Both the position numbers and the translations under genes were made by a program. The notes under the pieces were generated by a model. That model had not been told where the DNA came from and did no database searches. It saw only the letters and a list, made by a program, of their open reading frames with translations. From an uncultured Clostridia bacterium (lineage in GTDB: Bacteria > Bacillota > Clostridia > Christensenellales > UBA1242): a stretch of DNA of 64,000 nucleotides. Position 1 is the first letter of the stretch. Every line of letters begins with the position of its first letter. Positions 48,559 through 59,409 of this stretch are shown here, in pieces. The DNA is taken from positions 226,661 to 290,660 of the forward strand of contig CAKNPS010000001.1 in NCBI GenBank assembly GCA_930990515.1. The letters are read 5' to 3'.

Positions 48559-51500
48559 CCAAAAGTTGAAACATTAGCAGTAAGTCTTACGCCTAATATT
48601 TTTTGCATAATTGTTTGAGTTGATGATCCTAAACTTGTGATGCATTCCGCAGTGTTTAAGTTAGAGCCTACATCTCTTGTCCAATACATTAAGTTATTGT
48701 CTAATATGTCAGATACTAAGTCGGAAAACTCAGCACTTAAATCTCCGAACACAGTTTCAACCTCACTTTCGTTTGATATAATCATATCAGCTGATAATGT
48801 TGTGTCTGTGCTTACTCCATTTACATCTTTGAAGTTCTTTATTGTGTATGAGTTTGTATTTAAATAATCGGAATTAATTTGAGAATTACCCACAAAAGTG
48901 TTTAAATTTGTTCTTATTGTTGATGATGTATAGCCATCGCCTAAACTTAATTTTGTGCTACTCCATTCACTTACAAAAACAATTTGTTCGGTTACTGCTG
49001 TAACGTTCCCATTTTCTATGCCATATCCTTCTTCGTAATCACCTGCAAGATAGTATTTTACAGGTTCAACAAGATAATATGCGTTTGACTCTTCGAAATA
49101 GGCATATTCATTTTCATTGTATATGTAAGAATTTAAAGTATAATTGCCAATAGTATAAGTAAATTCAGTGACCGCTCCACTTTCTCTTAAAATATCCAAT
49201 TCAGAAATTACGCTCTCATCTCCAAGCCTTGTCTGTGGATATTTACCCATTTCAATATACCAAAGCCCTTGTTCTTCATCATAATATGCAGGATTCTTTG
49301 CTTCCCATTTTGCATAAAAAATCATATCGTTGCTGGCAAAAGTATTTGAAACTACAATCATTCCACTATTATCAATGGTTTGAGTTCCATTGCCATTCTC
49401 ATCAACATAAAATCCACCAAAATTATACCCTGCTCGAGTCGGAATAGTTATCACAGTTGTTTCTTGTGTGCAACTCGAATTTCTGAACCAACCAACACCA
49501 TATTTTAAATATAAATTTGTGTCAGGTTCGCCATTTTGATATTTTAAAGTCGCAGTGTAGACATGTGAAACAAAATACACCCCAATTTCACAAGAATTTG
49601 CTGGCATATTGAAGGTAATATTTTGTTCCGTTGCTTGAAGCCTATTGTAAGTTATGTTCGTAAAATCATAACCTGCATGTCCTTGCACAATTTCAAATGT
49701 TATCTCAGTGTTATATGGCACCGCTTCATTCATATAATCTTTAGTGTCATCAGCCACAAGTTCTCCATCAAAATATATATCAAATAAAAAGTCATAATTA
49801 TATTCATTTGGATAAATGTTTAAAGAATTTACATATGTGTTTACATCAAGCCGATAAGTGTTTATTGTCCAAATCGGAAATAAATAATGCTTGCTTGCAG
49901 TATTAACTGTAGAAGAATTTGTTATAATTTCATCACTAATCTGAACAACAAAATAATTCACAGAAATGGTTGTTGGTGTGTCAAATTCAAAATCTATAAA
50001 ACTATATGTATTAATAAAATGGTCTGAGGTTATGGTATAAAAACCAAAACAACGGTTCCCAACAACAGTATATTCATTTGATTCTAAATAATGCTGATTG
50101 ACATTCATTCTTGTTAAATTTCCTGAGTCCCATGATATATCAAAATATACCTTTCTACCAATTTGGAAAGTTGTATTTGAAATGGTATTATTCATCATTA
50201 TTCTTCTAGTGTTCACACTATCATTAAATTTTTCAATTGTATAATCATTTATCCCATTTGGACCATAATCAACACCTAACTGCCAGCCATCAAATGTATA
50301 GCCTGTGCGATACGGAGTTGGAAGAGTAGAATATTGACCATTAAAAGGAACAGAAATTGAGCCTAAAGCATTCTCAGAAGTCATGTCAGAGACTTTCTGG
50401 ACTGAACAATTGCGAATATCTAAATAATCGCCAGTTTGCCATTCATTGGAATAAAAAACGAAACCATGCCCCATATGTGAAGCATAACTTGCCACAAATG
50501 TATACGTAAAAGTTTGCCAACTTGTGTTAACTGTTGCCGCAATCAAACCATTCATTTCATGTCCCACTCCTCGAAGCAACACAGTTCTAGAAGCACGTAA
50601 ATCAACCGTCCACTTATATTCTTCCCCTTCAATAAGAGCCTCAGCATTAAAATACGGACCACCATCATTACTAACAGACGTCATTGTTGCTCTAATAACT
50701 TCGGTGTTATCTTGCACAGTAGTTAAATATGTAAAATCGCATTGAGTTGCCGCCCACCCTACTGAATATGGATAATACACATAATTTGGCGAACCTAGGG
50801 TGACATTATATTCTTCAACTTCCCATTTCGCATATAATACGTGACTATTATTATTTGTAATAACTGTTTCAGCTGTAACTCTATTTTGAAAACTAGGTTC
50901 CATATACCATCCAGCAAAAGTGTAACCTGTCCTTGTTGGTGTTGGAAGCTCATTTGTTGAAGGTGTATTACCTACTGTTGCATATGTAAAATTATCATAA
51001 TAGATATTCCCTGTAAAAATAGAAATTCTAAAAGTGGCATTAATTGTTCCTCCACTGCCAAGAGCAATATATGATCTTAAATTATATGGTGGCGTTCCAA
51101 TATCATCCAATGTTGTAAATTGTGCTGTCGCAATTCCTACTCCGCCAATACCAATATTCGTCTGTCCTGTCGCAACGTCTTGATTTACACTACCTACATC
51201 AAAAGGTGAAGTAAAAGTTATTATAAATCCGTCATTCGAAAATGATAAAACCTCAACAACAACTGTATATGTCGTGCCTGGTGAGTAGGTTCCATCAAAA
51301 GGTTGCATAAAATTAATCCAAGTTGTAGAAGAAGTATTGTTGTAATAACTAACTGAATAAATATTGTTAGACATACTAAAAGAATATCCACTTGGTCCAC
51401 TAAAACCGCTATCCATAGGCTGATACAGATTAGTTTTTCCATAGGTATCACCATATCTCCCATAATCTGTTGGTATTTTGCTTCCGCCATTACTATTATA

Positions 51501-52606
51501 AGATATAACAAGAGAAGAAGTGTCCCAAACTGTTCGTATATAAATCGTCATACCCGCATCAACATAGATTGAATATGTCCCATTACTAGCCGTTAACAGT
51601 GTTCCATCTCGGTCTACTTGTGTTACACGAAAACCATCCCTTGCTGTAACATTATAAATTTCAACTGTTGTTCCAACTTGGACAGCTTGTTCTGGTTCGT
51701 TTCCAGTGTTTTCATATCTATTTCCAGATTGAGTATAATAGACCGAGAATGACGCACTTCCACCAAAATCCTCGACTCCTTCTGGATTTAAAACATTGAT
51801 ATTAACTTGAACTGTGTTGCTTTCAAACTGAGCAGTAAGATTATAATTTTGTTGAATATTGGAAATTGTGCCAGTCATACCTGACCAACTCACAAATTTT
51901 TGTCCTGTTGGAGCCGATGGTGTTGGAAGTGTGAAACTCGTTCCTTTTGGAACATAATAATACGAAGTTGAACCTTGATTTGTCAGTGCAATTGTATAAC
52001 AATACCTAAAAATTCCATAAATGTTAATATTAGTTGATGAAAAAGAAAATCCTCTTGTTGGTGGGGAAGAATAGTTTATTCCACCATTATAAATATATCT
52101 TGCTGTTCCAACCGTACTTGTCATATATGAGTTTAAACCATTCCATGATGTGCTACACCCCATAAAACGATAACCTTCTCCAGTGCCTGTTGTGTGACCG
52201 ACAGGATTGACTTGCACATATCCACCACTTGAAAATGTAAATCTATTATATCCATAATAATCTTGTGCAGTTCCCTGTGCGGAATAAGTCCATGTTCCAT
52301 AAGAAGGATTATAACTTCCATTATATGGTTGATAAGTTATCGAACAGCCATGATATTGACCCGCGGTTGATGATCCATTAAAAACTGAATAGCGCCAATA
52401 ATCCCCAACAGTTATTGCTTGCGCGACAACTTCATCTTCGTCTCCATCACTTAAATTATCATCGTTTTCATTTTCTGAGTCGTCAAACCCCCCCCCGTAT
52501 TTTCGGAGTAGGAAGAATTATCACAAGCAGACAATAATAAACCGCCACCAATTGATGTTAGACCAATTAACAAAATAGAAAAAAATGTGATAATAAATTT
52601 TTTCAT
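48549..52606 (-). CDS. Large surface lipoprotein (InlB-B/Listeria-Bacteroides repeats, DUF6273-like C-terminus), out of frame at a G9 tract
   Basis: MKKFIITFF...LLLSAC lipobox from 52606. One extra G at 52488-52496 joins it via FDDSENEND...SSGGYVQVNP to the 1222-aa ORF. Repeats LPTPTRTGYTFAGWY...LYAKW. Confidence 0.85.
52488..52496 (-). repeat. G9 homopolymer tract (candidate slipped-strand switch)
   Basis: C9 on the plus strand, the only run of this length I saw in this AT-rich window; coincides with the frame change. Confidence 0.9.
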
Positions 52607-52612
52607 AATTTT

Positions 52613-52641
52613 ATTATAATTAATTTTAATATAAATAGCAA
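52613..52641 (-). promoter_or_regulatory. sigmaA promoter of the lipoprotein gene, probably leaderless
   Basis: TTGCTA-17 bp-TATAAT, 6 nt before the ATG at 52606. Confidence 0.65.
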
Positions 52642-52674
52642 ACAAATTTATAGAAATCAACAAAAATCGACAAT

Positions 52675-53070
52675 TTATCTTTTTTTAGCACCTTTTTCTT
52701 TCCGATTGTCTTTTTTGAAAACTTTGATAAATTCAACTATTGAAAGAATGATAAGAAAAACACCAAAAATGATTTTGAGAATTTTTGAAGATGTTAAACT
52801 CATTAAAAATGCTCCCAAAACTGAAAAGAGCACGCCAGGAATAATGATATAAAAAATATGTTTTGTGGCTATGTATCCATTTTTATGATGTATATATAAC
52901 GAAAAAAGAGCCATAACAAGAAAACTTATCAAATTTATTCCTTGAGCAAGTTTTTGGTCAAAATTGAGAAAAATTGTGAGAATTGGAATAAGCAAAGTTC
53001 CGCCTCCCATTCCAAGTCCCCCAAAAATTCCAGAAACAACTCCCGCTAAGACATAGAAAAAATAAATCAT
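52675..53070 (-). CDS. TauE/SafE-family transporter, half-size
   Basis: GLGMGGGTLLIPIL...QKLAQGINL. Confidence 0.85.
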   Translation of the reverse strand: MIYFFYVLAGVVSGIFGGLGMGGGTLLIPILTIFLNFDQKLAQGINLISFLVMALFSLYIHHKNGYIATKHIFYIIIPGVLFSVLGAFLMSLTSSKILKIIFGVFLIILSIVEFIKVFKKDNRKEKGAKKR

Positions 53071-53079
53071 ATTTCTCTC

Positions 53080-53496
53080 CTAAATGATAAGTCTAATACC
53101 GCCCGCAAGCATAATTAAGGCAAAAATTACACGAATTGCTTTTGTTGGCAAAACTTTAAGCAAAAACGAGCCTATAATTCCCCCAATAACAACCCCACTT
53201 CCCACAGTCACAAGCGGAATGGTCTCCAAAGTGCTAGAAAGAAGATAAATAACTGCACTAATGAAAGAAATTGGGAAAATAATGGCGATTGCTGTCGCGT
53301 GAGAATATTTTTCTTCTAATTGAAGCACATTTTGAAGTATAGGAACGCAAATCATTCCACCGCCTCCGCCAAAGAAACCATTAACAATTCCTATTAGGGC
53401 TCCGCAAACTAATAAAACCATCTTTGCCTTGAAAGACAATTTATCGCTTTTAAGCCCCAAAAACTCTTCTCTTTTTTCCAAATTTTTCGACAACAT
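53080..53496 (-). CDS. TauE/SafE-family transporter, half-size
   Basis: GIVNGFFGGGGGMICVP...HATAIAII. Confidence 0.85.
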   Translation of the reverse strand: MLSKNLEKREEFLGLKSDKLSFKAKMVLLVCGALIGIVNGFFGGGGGMICVPILQNVLQLEEKYSHATAIAIIFPISFISAVIYLLSSTLETIPLVTVGSGVVIGGIIGSFLLKVLPTKAIRVIFALIMLAGGIRLII

Positions 53497-53588
53497 AATA
53501 ATATTATTGATAAATTTTCAGAAAATATTTGATTTTATTAGATAAATGTATTATAATGTTAAAGTTAAAATATTACAATAGGTGGTTT

Positions 53589-56500
53589 ATGAGAAAACTT
53601 AGATTAAATTTTGCAAAAGTATTTTTATTCATCGTGGCTGTAGTTATGCCTATTTCTATCACAGGAGTTATCGGAGCATATACCAATGTGTATGAAAAAA
53701 ATGTTGCTCTCGCTGAAACTTCAACAATAAACTATTATAGGAATTATCTTGAAGATGTTTCTATGACTAATGGAAACTTTAATAGTAGCACTGTCACATC
53801 AATAAGCCAAAATCCTTCTGGTTGGTCAAGACAAGTTTCTGATAGCCGTACAACCGCAGGAATTATTAATGTTGGCAATAATTTTGATAACTATAAAAAT
53901 TCCACATACTATCTTTCTGTTAATCCAAAAGCAAAAGCAACAGACAGTCAAATTCTTATGATTAACTCAAAGACAAGTGCAAACGATATCAAAATGGCAA
54001 GAAATGGTTACCAATCTAGTTCTATCACCCTTTCTGCTAATTCTTTCTATTCTTTCCAAGTTTCTTTTAAGAGTGACACAAATTATACTGAAGATACAAC
54101 ATACATCAATCGTGGAAATGTCACAAACGATGTAACAATTTATCAATCAAACTTCAATGCTGCCGAATTTGGTAGTTATGTTTCAATGACATATCGTAGC
54201 ACAACATATTATGCAAAGAAAGACTTATCAGAAATGGTTGGAACATTTAATAATGAAGTTACTTCAAATCGTGCTTTCTATTATGATGGAACTTATGTTG
54301 GTTTCCTTTACGACATCACCCCAGATGACGAAGACGACACAGAAACACCAATATATGTAAATCTTGACGATGTAACTGAAATTACCGTGCCTGCAAATAT
54401 CAATATGATTACAAACCCAGACGATTCAGGCTCAACAACATCATTTGATGAAGATTACACAGCCCCAATCGCTGATTTTGAAGAATATGAAGATTATTTA
54501 AGATTTCAACGCGATGGAATAACTTATTATGTTTCAAAATCAAGAGTAAACTACACAGTCAGAGAAGGAGCAGAATATTACACTTGTTCAATCACATTCA
54601 ACCCAAACACAAATAGTTACACAAGCGGTTCTTATACCCTTGCAAGCGGACAACCATATTATTCTCAAAGAACAGACTATACTTCAAACGACGAATACGG
54701 ACAAGGTTCAATCTATGTTACAGGCCTTGTTGATGAAGACGGAAATGAAGTGGAACTTTCTTATGAAAAAGTAACCTCACCTGAATGGACAACTTTCTAT
54801 TTCTTTGTTGCAACTGGAAATACTGAACAAACAGTTAATTTAGAATTATGGCTAGGTGCTAAAGATGCAAAGAATGTCAGCACAATTGAATCTACTGGTG
54901 TTGTTTACTTTGACGATATAAAGATTCAACGATACAGCGAAAATTATTTCTATGACACCTATTTTGATTATCTTGATAGCAAGTTCTATGGTGTAAATTA
55001 TGATAATGCTGGAACAATATTAGGAGAAAAACAATCAAGTGTTAAAATCACCAACCTAAACAAGAATAACGAACTTAAATATAGCGAAGACTACAATTTC
55101 AATTTTGAAGGAGTTGACAGTGCCGCTCTTAAAGGTTTCTCAAAAACTGCTGGAAGCGGAAATGCTCAAATTGTTGGTTTAAATAAAGATAGTTTTGAAC
55201 TTGCAACTGGAAATTCTTATGCTGGTTCAAATCTCAATGTTTATGAACAATATGACGAAGATGGAAACATAACAATCACCCCTAACACACAAGCACTTGC
55301 TCTTTGGGCAGACAATAACTATGTTGAAGTAACTGCTAAAAACAGCATTGAAATTGAAACTCACGGCATTTATAAAATCACTGTTGACTATAAACTTATT
55401 GATGTAACAGGAACAGCATATCTTAAAGTTCAAGAAAATAGTAGCGTATATGCAGATAACGGTCTTGATGAAAATAATTCTAGTTATACCCTTTCAAGCG
55501 GAAGTGTTAGCGGAACAAGCAATGGTTCTTCAAATTACAACAACCTTTACAACACTCTTACCATCTATGTAAAAGGCTCTGATTTATACAATTCAAAAAT
55601 CGACTTAACTCTTGCTCTTGGTTCAAGTGATGAAAGTGCAACAGGTTGCGTTGTTTTTGATGATATTAGAGTGGAAAGAGCAACTTTTGCTGAATTTGAA
55701 GAAGCTTCTTCAAGTGTGGAACTTGGTGCACTTTCAGGCACACCAACAATTGAAAACGGATATTTCAACTTAACTGAAATCACTGATTTTAACTATCCTT
55801 TAACTCCTGCAAGTTGGACAATTGAAAAAGAAAGTGGACTTACATTTGGTGGTATTATAAACACTAAAGCAAGCGAATATCAAAAATATCAAGACAAGGC
55901 AAAAGAAAATGCTGAACTTGAAGATTCTGAAAACCCATACCTTTGGGCAAATTATGGAAATCCGGGAAATCCAAATGGTAATGATAGTGCAAATGCTTTT
56001 TCAAACAACATTTTAATGCTTGCAAACCTTTCATCTGGCAGACAAACAGTCACCTCCCCAACATTCTCATTAAATGCCAACTCATTCTACAAACTCAACT
56101 TTAAATATTTAACTCGTTCAATTGATTTAAGTAATATAACAAGTTTTAAAGTTAGCATCTACAACGACCAAAATGTTTTACTTTTTGAAGATGAAAATGT
56201 ATCTAATAGTGCTTGGAGTGATTATTCCGTTTATTTCCAAACATTTGAAGGTGCTGAAAATGTTTATGTCGTAATTGATTTTGGAACTTCAGATAATTTA
56301 CAAGTTGGTTTTGCATATTTTGACAACTTTGAACTTAATTCTTCAGATGCTAATGAATTTAATAGTTTACCAACAACAGCAAACAAAGTTGATATGACAA
56401 ATTATTATCTTAATCTCCCAACCAATGTAATAACCGACGATTTAACTGACTTTGATTCTAGTGCTTACACAGGTTCAACAAATGAAGAAGGAATAAGCAC

Positions 56501-57680
56501 TGGTGGAATTGTTAATGATAGTTACTTTGAAAATGACGAAAACTTTAGAATTGAAAAAGAAAACGATGAAGATGTTAAACTTTTTGTTATTAGAACAGAA
56601 GGTTTTGCAAGTGGAAGTTCAACAACCACTCACACCATTGAAAGTGCTTTCAATTTTGACTTAACAAGTGGAAGTTATTATAAATTGACATTTATGCTCA
56701 AAACAAAGTTCGTTTATAATGGAACAAATGGTGATGAAGAATTTGATATTAACGACCAAACTTATGGAGCAACTGTTGGTCTTACTGGTTTTGATTATAT
56801 GACAGAACTTAAATCAAATGATGAATATAGAGAATATACCCTTTACATTCACCCAACCGCAGATGCAACTGCAAAACTTCATATTTCACTTGTCAGCGAT
56901 CACCCACTCACAACAGGAACAATGGTTCTTTACAACATCTCCTTTGAAGATATTTCTACAGATGATGACACAGTTCCACAAGAATTTACCACAGCACAAG
57001 AAACCATTGATGCAAATGACTATAATGTGAATGAAGATTTAGTTGCAATTGCTGATGCCACATCAGATGATGAAACTTCAGATGACGACACTTCTGACGA
57101 CACCACAGAAGATACAACAAATCAAAATGACTATGCTTGGCTTCTTTATGTTTCTTCAATAATCACCGCTCTTGCCATTATCGTTGCAATTTTAGGTTAT
57201 TATTTAAGAAAAATTAAGATTAAGAAAATCGAAACAAAACGTAAGGAAACTTATGACAGAAAAGGCAGTTTGCATAAAGATGTTATAAGACAAGAAGCAG
57301 AACAAGAAAGAGCAAAAGAAGTTGAAAAACTTGAAAGTGACATTAAGAAATTTGAAACAGAACTTGAAAACATTGAAAAAGAACATAAAGACAAAGTTGT
57401 AAAACTTAGAAAAGATGAAAATAAGGTTGTTTCTAAATCAACAGAAAAAGAATTCAAGTTGTTCGCTCAAAAGAGAAGTGTTCTTTCAGAAAAGATTGAT
57501 GTATTAAAGCATCAACTTGAAAATGTTAAATCTCCTGAATATCTCCTCTCTCTTGAAAGAAAGAAGTTTTTGGAAAACGAAGCAAAACAAAAACAACTCG
57601 ACAAAGAATCAAAACTTTTGAATAAACAAAAAGAAGATGAAAAGAAAGCAAAAGAGAGCGATAAAAAGAAGAAAAAATAA
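53589..57680 (+). CDS. Large surface protein with repeated carbohydrate-binding-like beta-sandwich modules, C-terminal TM and cytoplasmic coiled coil
   Basis: N-terminal hydrophobic segment; repeated NG.F...P..W starts and YFDDIKI/VFDDIRV/YFDNFEL ends; TM WLLYVSSIITALAIIVAILGYYL; AGGTGG RBS before MRKLRL. Confidence 0.75.
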   Translation: MRKLRLNFAKVFLFIVAVVMPISITGVIGAYTNVYEKNVALAETSTINYYRNYLEDVSMTNGNFNSSTVTSISQNPSGWSRQVSDSRTTAGIINVGNNFDNYKNSTYYLSVNPKAKATDSQILMINSKTSANDIKMARNGYQSSSITLSANSFYSFQVSFKSDTNYTEDTTYINRGNVTNDVTIYQSNFNAAEFGSYVSMTYRSTTYYAKKDLSEMVGTFNNEVTSNRAFYYDGTYVGFLYDITPDDEDDTETPIYVNLDDVTEITVPANINMITNPDDSGSTTSFDEDYTAPIADFEEYEDYLRFQRDGITYYVSKSRVNYTVREGAEYYTCSITFNPNTNSYTSGSYTLASGQPYYSQRTDYTSNDEYGQGSIYVTGLVDEDGNEVELSYEKVTSPEWTTFYFFVATGNTEQTVNLELWLGAKDAKNVSTIESTGVVYFDDIKIQRYSENYFYDTYFDYLDSKFYGVNYDNAGTILGEKQSSVKITNLNKNNELKYSEDYNFNFEGVDSAALKGFSKTAGSGNAQIVGLNKDSFELATGNSYAGSNLNVYEQYDEDGNITITPNTQALALWADNNYVEVTAKNSIEIETHGIYKITVDYKLIDVTGTAYLKVQENSSVYADNGLDENNSSYTLSSGSVSGTSNGSSNYNNLYNTLTIYVKGSDLYNSKIDLTLALGSSDESATGCVVFDDIRVERATFAEFEEASSSVELGALSGTPTIENGYFNLTEITDFNYPLTPASWTIEKESGLTFGGIINTKASEYQKYQDKAKENAELEDSENPYLWANYGNPGNPNGNDSANAFSNNILMLANLSSGRQTVTSPTFSLNANSFYKLNFKYLTRSIDLSNITSFKVSIYNDQNVLLFEDENVSNSAWSDYSVYFQTFEGAENVYVVIDFGTSDNLQVGFAYFDNFELNSSDANEFNSLPTTANKVDMTNYYLNLPTNVITDDLTDFDSSAYTGSTNEEGISTGGIVNDSYFENDENFRIEKENDEDVKLFVIRTEGFASGSSTTTHTIESAFNFDLTSGSYYKLTFMLKTKFVYNGTNGDEEFDINDQTYGATVGLTGFDYMTELKSNDEYREYTLYIHPTADATAKLHISLVSDHPLTTGTMVLYNISFEDISTDDDTVPQEFTTAQETIDANDYNVNEDLVAIADATSDDETSDDDTSDDTTEDTTNQNDYAWLLYVSSIITALAIIVAILGYYLRKIKIKKIETKRKETYDRKGSLHKDVIRQEAEQERAKEVEKLESDIKKFETELENIEKEHKDKVVKLRKDENKVVSKSTEKEFKLFAQKRSVLSEKIDVLKHQLENVKSPEYLLSLERKKFLENEAKQKQLDKESKLLNKQKEDEKKAKESDKKKKK

Positions 57681-57685
57681 AATAG

Positions 57686-57715
57686 AAGGGGCTTGAAAAA
57701 AGTCCCTTTTATTTT
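57686..57715 (+). terminator. Intrinsic terminator
   Basis: AAGGGGCTT-GAAAA-AAGTCCCTT followed by a T-rich tail. Confidence 0.6.
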
Positions 57716-57731
57716 TGCTTTTATTTCTTGA

Positions 57732-57760
57732 TTGACTTTTAAAATTATATAATGTATAAT
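57732..57760 (+). promoter_or_regulatory. sigmaA promoter
   Basis: TTGACT-17 bp-TATAAT upstream of the AAGGAG RBS. Confidence 0.7.
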
Positions 57761-57783
57761 ATTGAAACTTAAGGAGTTATAAA

Positions 57784-58278
57784 ATGGATAAATGGAACAA
57801 AAGATTTATGGAATTAACAGAGCACATTGCCACATGGTCAAGTTGTTTAAGACGCCAAGTTGGAGCAGTTATTGTGAAAGATAAACGCATTATGACAACT
57901 GGCTATAATGGTGCCCCTGTTGGCGTTAAAACTTGTGTTGAAAAAGGTTTTTGCTTAAGAAATCAAATGAATGTTCAAAGTGGAACTCATGCAGAAATTT
58001 GCTATGCTGCACACGCTGAACAAAATGCCATCATTCAGGCTGCAAAAGAAGGTATCAGCCTTAAAGGTTGCGTTTTATATTGCACCCACCAACCTTGCGT
58101 TGTTTGTGCCAAAATGATTATTAATGCAGGAATAAAAGAAGTTATCTACAAAGAAGGCTATCCAGACGATTTCTCACTTGAAATTTGCAAAGAAGCTGGA
58201 GTAAAACTTACAAAGTATGAAGATTTAGAAAAAGAAGATAATAAAAAAATTAAAGTATACAAGAAAATTAGTAAATAA
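57784..58278 (+). CDS. dCMP deaminase (ComEB-like)
   Basis: SSCLRRQVGAVIVKD, TGYNGAP, HAEQNAI, PCVVCAK. Confidence 0.92.
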   Translation: MDKWNKRFMELTEHIATWSSCLRRQVGAVIVKDKRIMTTGYNGAPVGVKTCVEKGFCLRNQMNVQSGTHAEICYAAHAEQNAIIQAAKEGISLKGCVLYCTHQPCVVCAKMIINAGIKEVIYKEGYPDDFSLEICKEAGVKLTKYEDLEKEDNKKIKVYKKISK

Positions 58279-58338
58279 TTTTATATTCTTTTTCAAAATT
58301 TTATATTTTTTGATATAATTCTATTGGAGGTTTTTGTT

Positions 58339-58845
58339 ATGTATAATAAAAGAAAAATTCACTTAATTTTTTCAATAATTTTCTTTGTATTACTGGTATA
58401 TATAGCTATAAATTCATTTGTTGATGCCATGACAATTAACTGGCTTGAAAATGAAGACTTATATGATAAAATCACACTTTATTCTTGGCTTATCTTTGCT
58501 TGGAGTGTTTTTACCATACTAATTATTATCGCCAATTTTTACTCTAATAATAAACTTAAATGGATAAAAATCATTTGCCTTTTTGCTCTTGCTATTTTAC
58601 TTTTAGTTTTCTCTTGCATTATCAAATCTCAATCAGATGGAAGTAATTCAGAAGACGCCGTTGTTGTTGCAGCTTTTTCAAATTATATTTTAAGTTTTGT
58701 CATAAGTTTTGCATATTTTATCGTATCCTTAATCGACACTATTTTCTCTTGCAAAGAAAAAAAGTTTTTAAAAACATTGCCAGAAACACAACCTAAACTT
58801 GAAGAAATTAAAGATAATGAGGTAAAGGCAAATGACAAAAAATAA
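58339..58845 (+). CDS. Hypothetical 4-TM membrane protein
   Basis: Four hydrophobic helices; GGAGG RBS. Confidence 0.7.
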   Translation: MYNKRKIHLIFSIIFFVLLVYIAINSFVDAMTINWLENEDLYDKITLYSWLIFAWSVFTILIIIANFYSNNKLKWIKIICLFALAILLLVFSCIIKSQSDGSNSEDAVVVAAFSNYILSFVISFAYFIVSLIDTIFSCKEKKFLKTLPETQPKLEEIKDNEVKANDKK

Positions 58846-59329
58846 TATCCTTAAAATTGTATTGTCTGCAATATTTTTTGTTGTATTTTTAATTGCTTCA
58901 ATAGTTCTTATAATTATTCCAAGCAGTCAACAAGTTAATTTAGAAACAAATTATACTTATCGTGACACATCTGAAGAGTTTTTATCTAGGACAAATGTTA
59001 GTTTTGCCATAAAAAACAACTCAAATGGTAGAGTGAAAATTGATGATATAACAATTTTATGCTATCTAAACAATGGATCATGTGAAGAAAAAATTCTATA
59101 TGAAAATTTTACTATTGAAAAAAATGATACTTTATCGATTGACACCTATGTTTACGTTTTATCCACTAATATTTCACATTTTGAAATCCAATTCAAAAAT
59201 GCACGTGTAATCGATAACAATATTTACTTATTTGTTGGTTTAGGCCTTTTGCTTCCAATGGTAATTTGTGGATACCTTTTCACTGTAAGTTTAATTGGTG
59301 GTATTAAAGAAATTAAAAATAAAAAATAA
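58832..59329 (+). CDS. Hypothetical membrane protein (2 TM flanking a beta-rich domain)
   Basis: Hydrophobic ends; GAGGT RBS; overlaps the previous stop. Confidence 0.7.
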   Translation: MTKNNILKIVLSAIFFVVFLIASIVLIIIPSSQQVNLETNYTYRDTSEEFLSRTNVSFAIKNNSNGRVKIDDITILCYLNNGSCEEKILYENFTIEKNDTLSIDTYVYVLSTNISHFEIQFKNARVIDNNIYLFVGLGLLLPMVICGYLFTVSLIGGIKEIKNKK

Positions 59330-59336
59330 ATCAAAT

Positions 59337-59369
59337 AAAAAATAGGAAAGTTTTGTTTCCTATTTTTTT
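59337..59369. terminator. Bidirectional intrinsic terminator
   Basis: AAAAAATAGGAAA-GTTTTG-TTTCCTATTTTTT. Confidence 0.7.
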
Positions 59370-59409
59370 GTTATAGACATATTTATTTCCTCAAACAAGA
59401 CTACTGATA

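Noticed and set aside
52451-52663. Independent 70-aa gene
   Set aside because: Better explained as the out-of-frame 5' end of the large lipoprotein, starting at the ATG at 52606.
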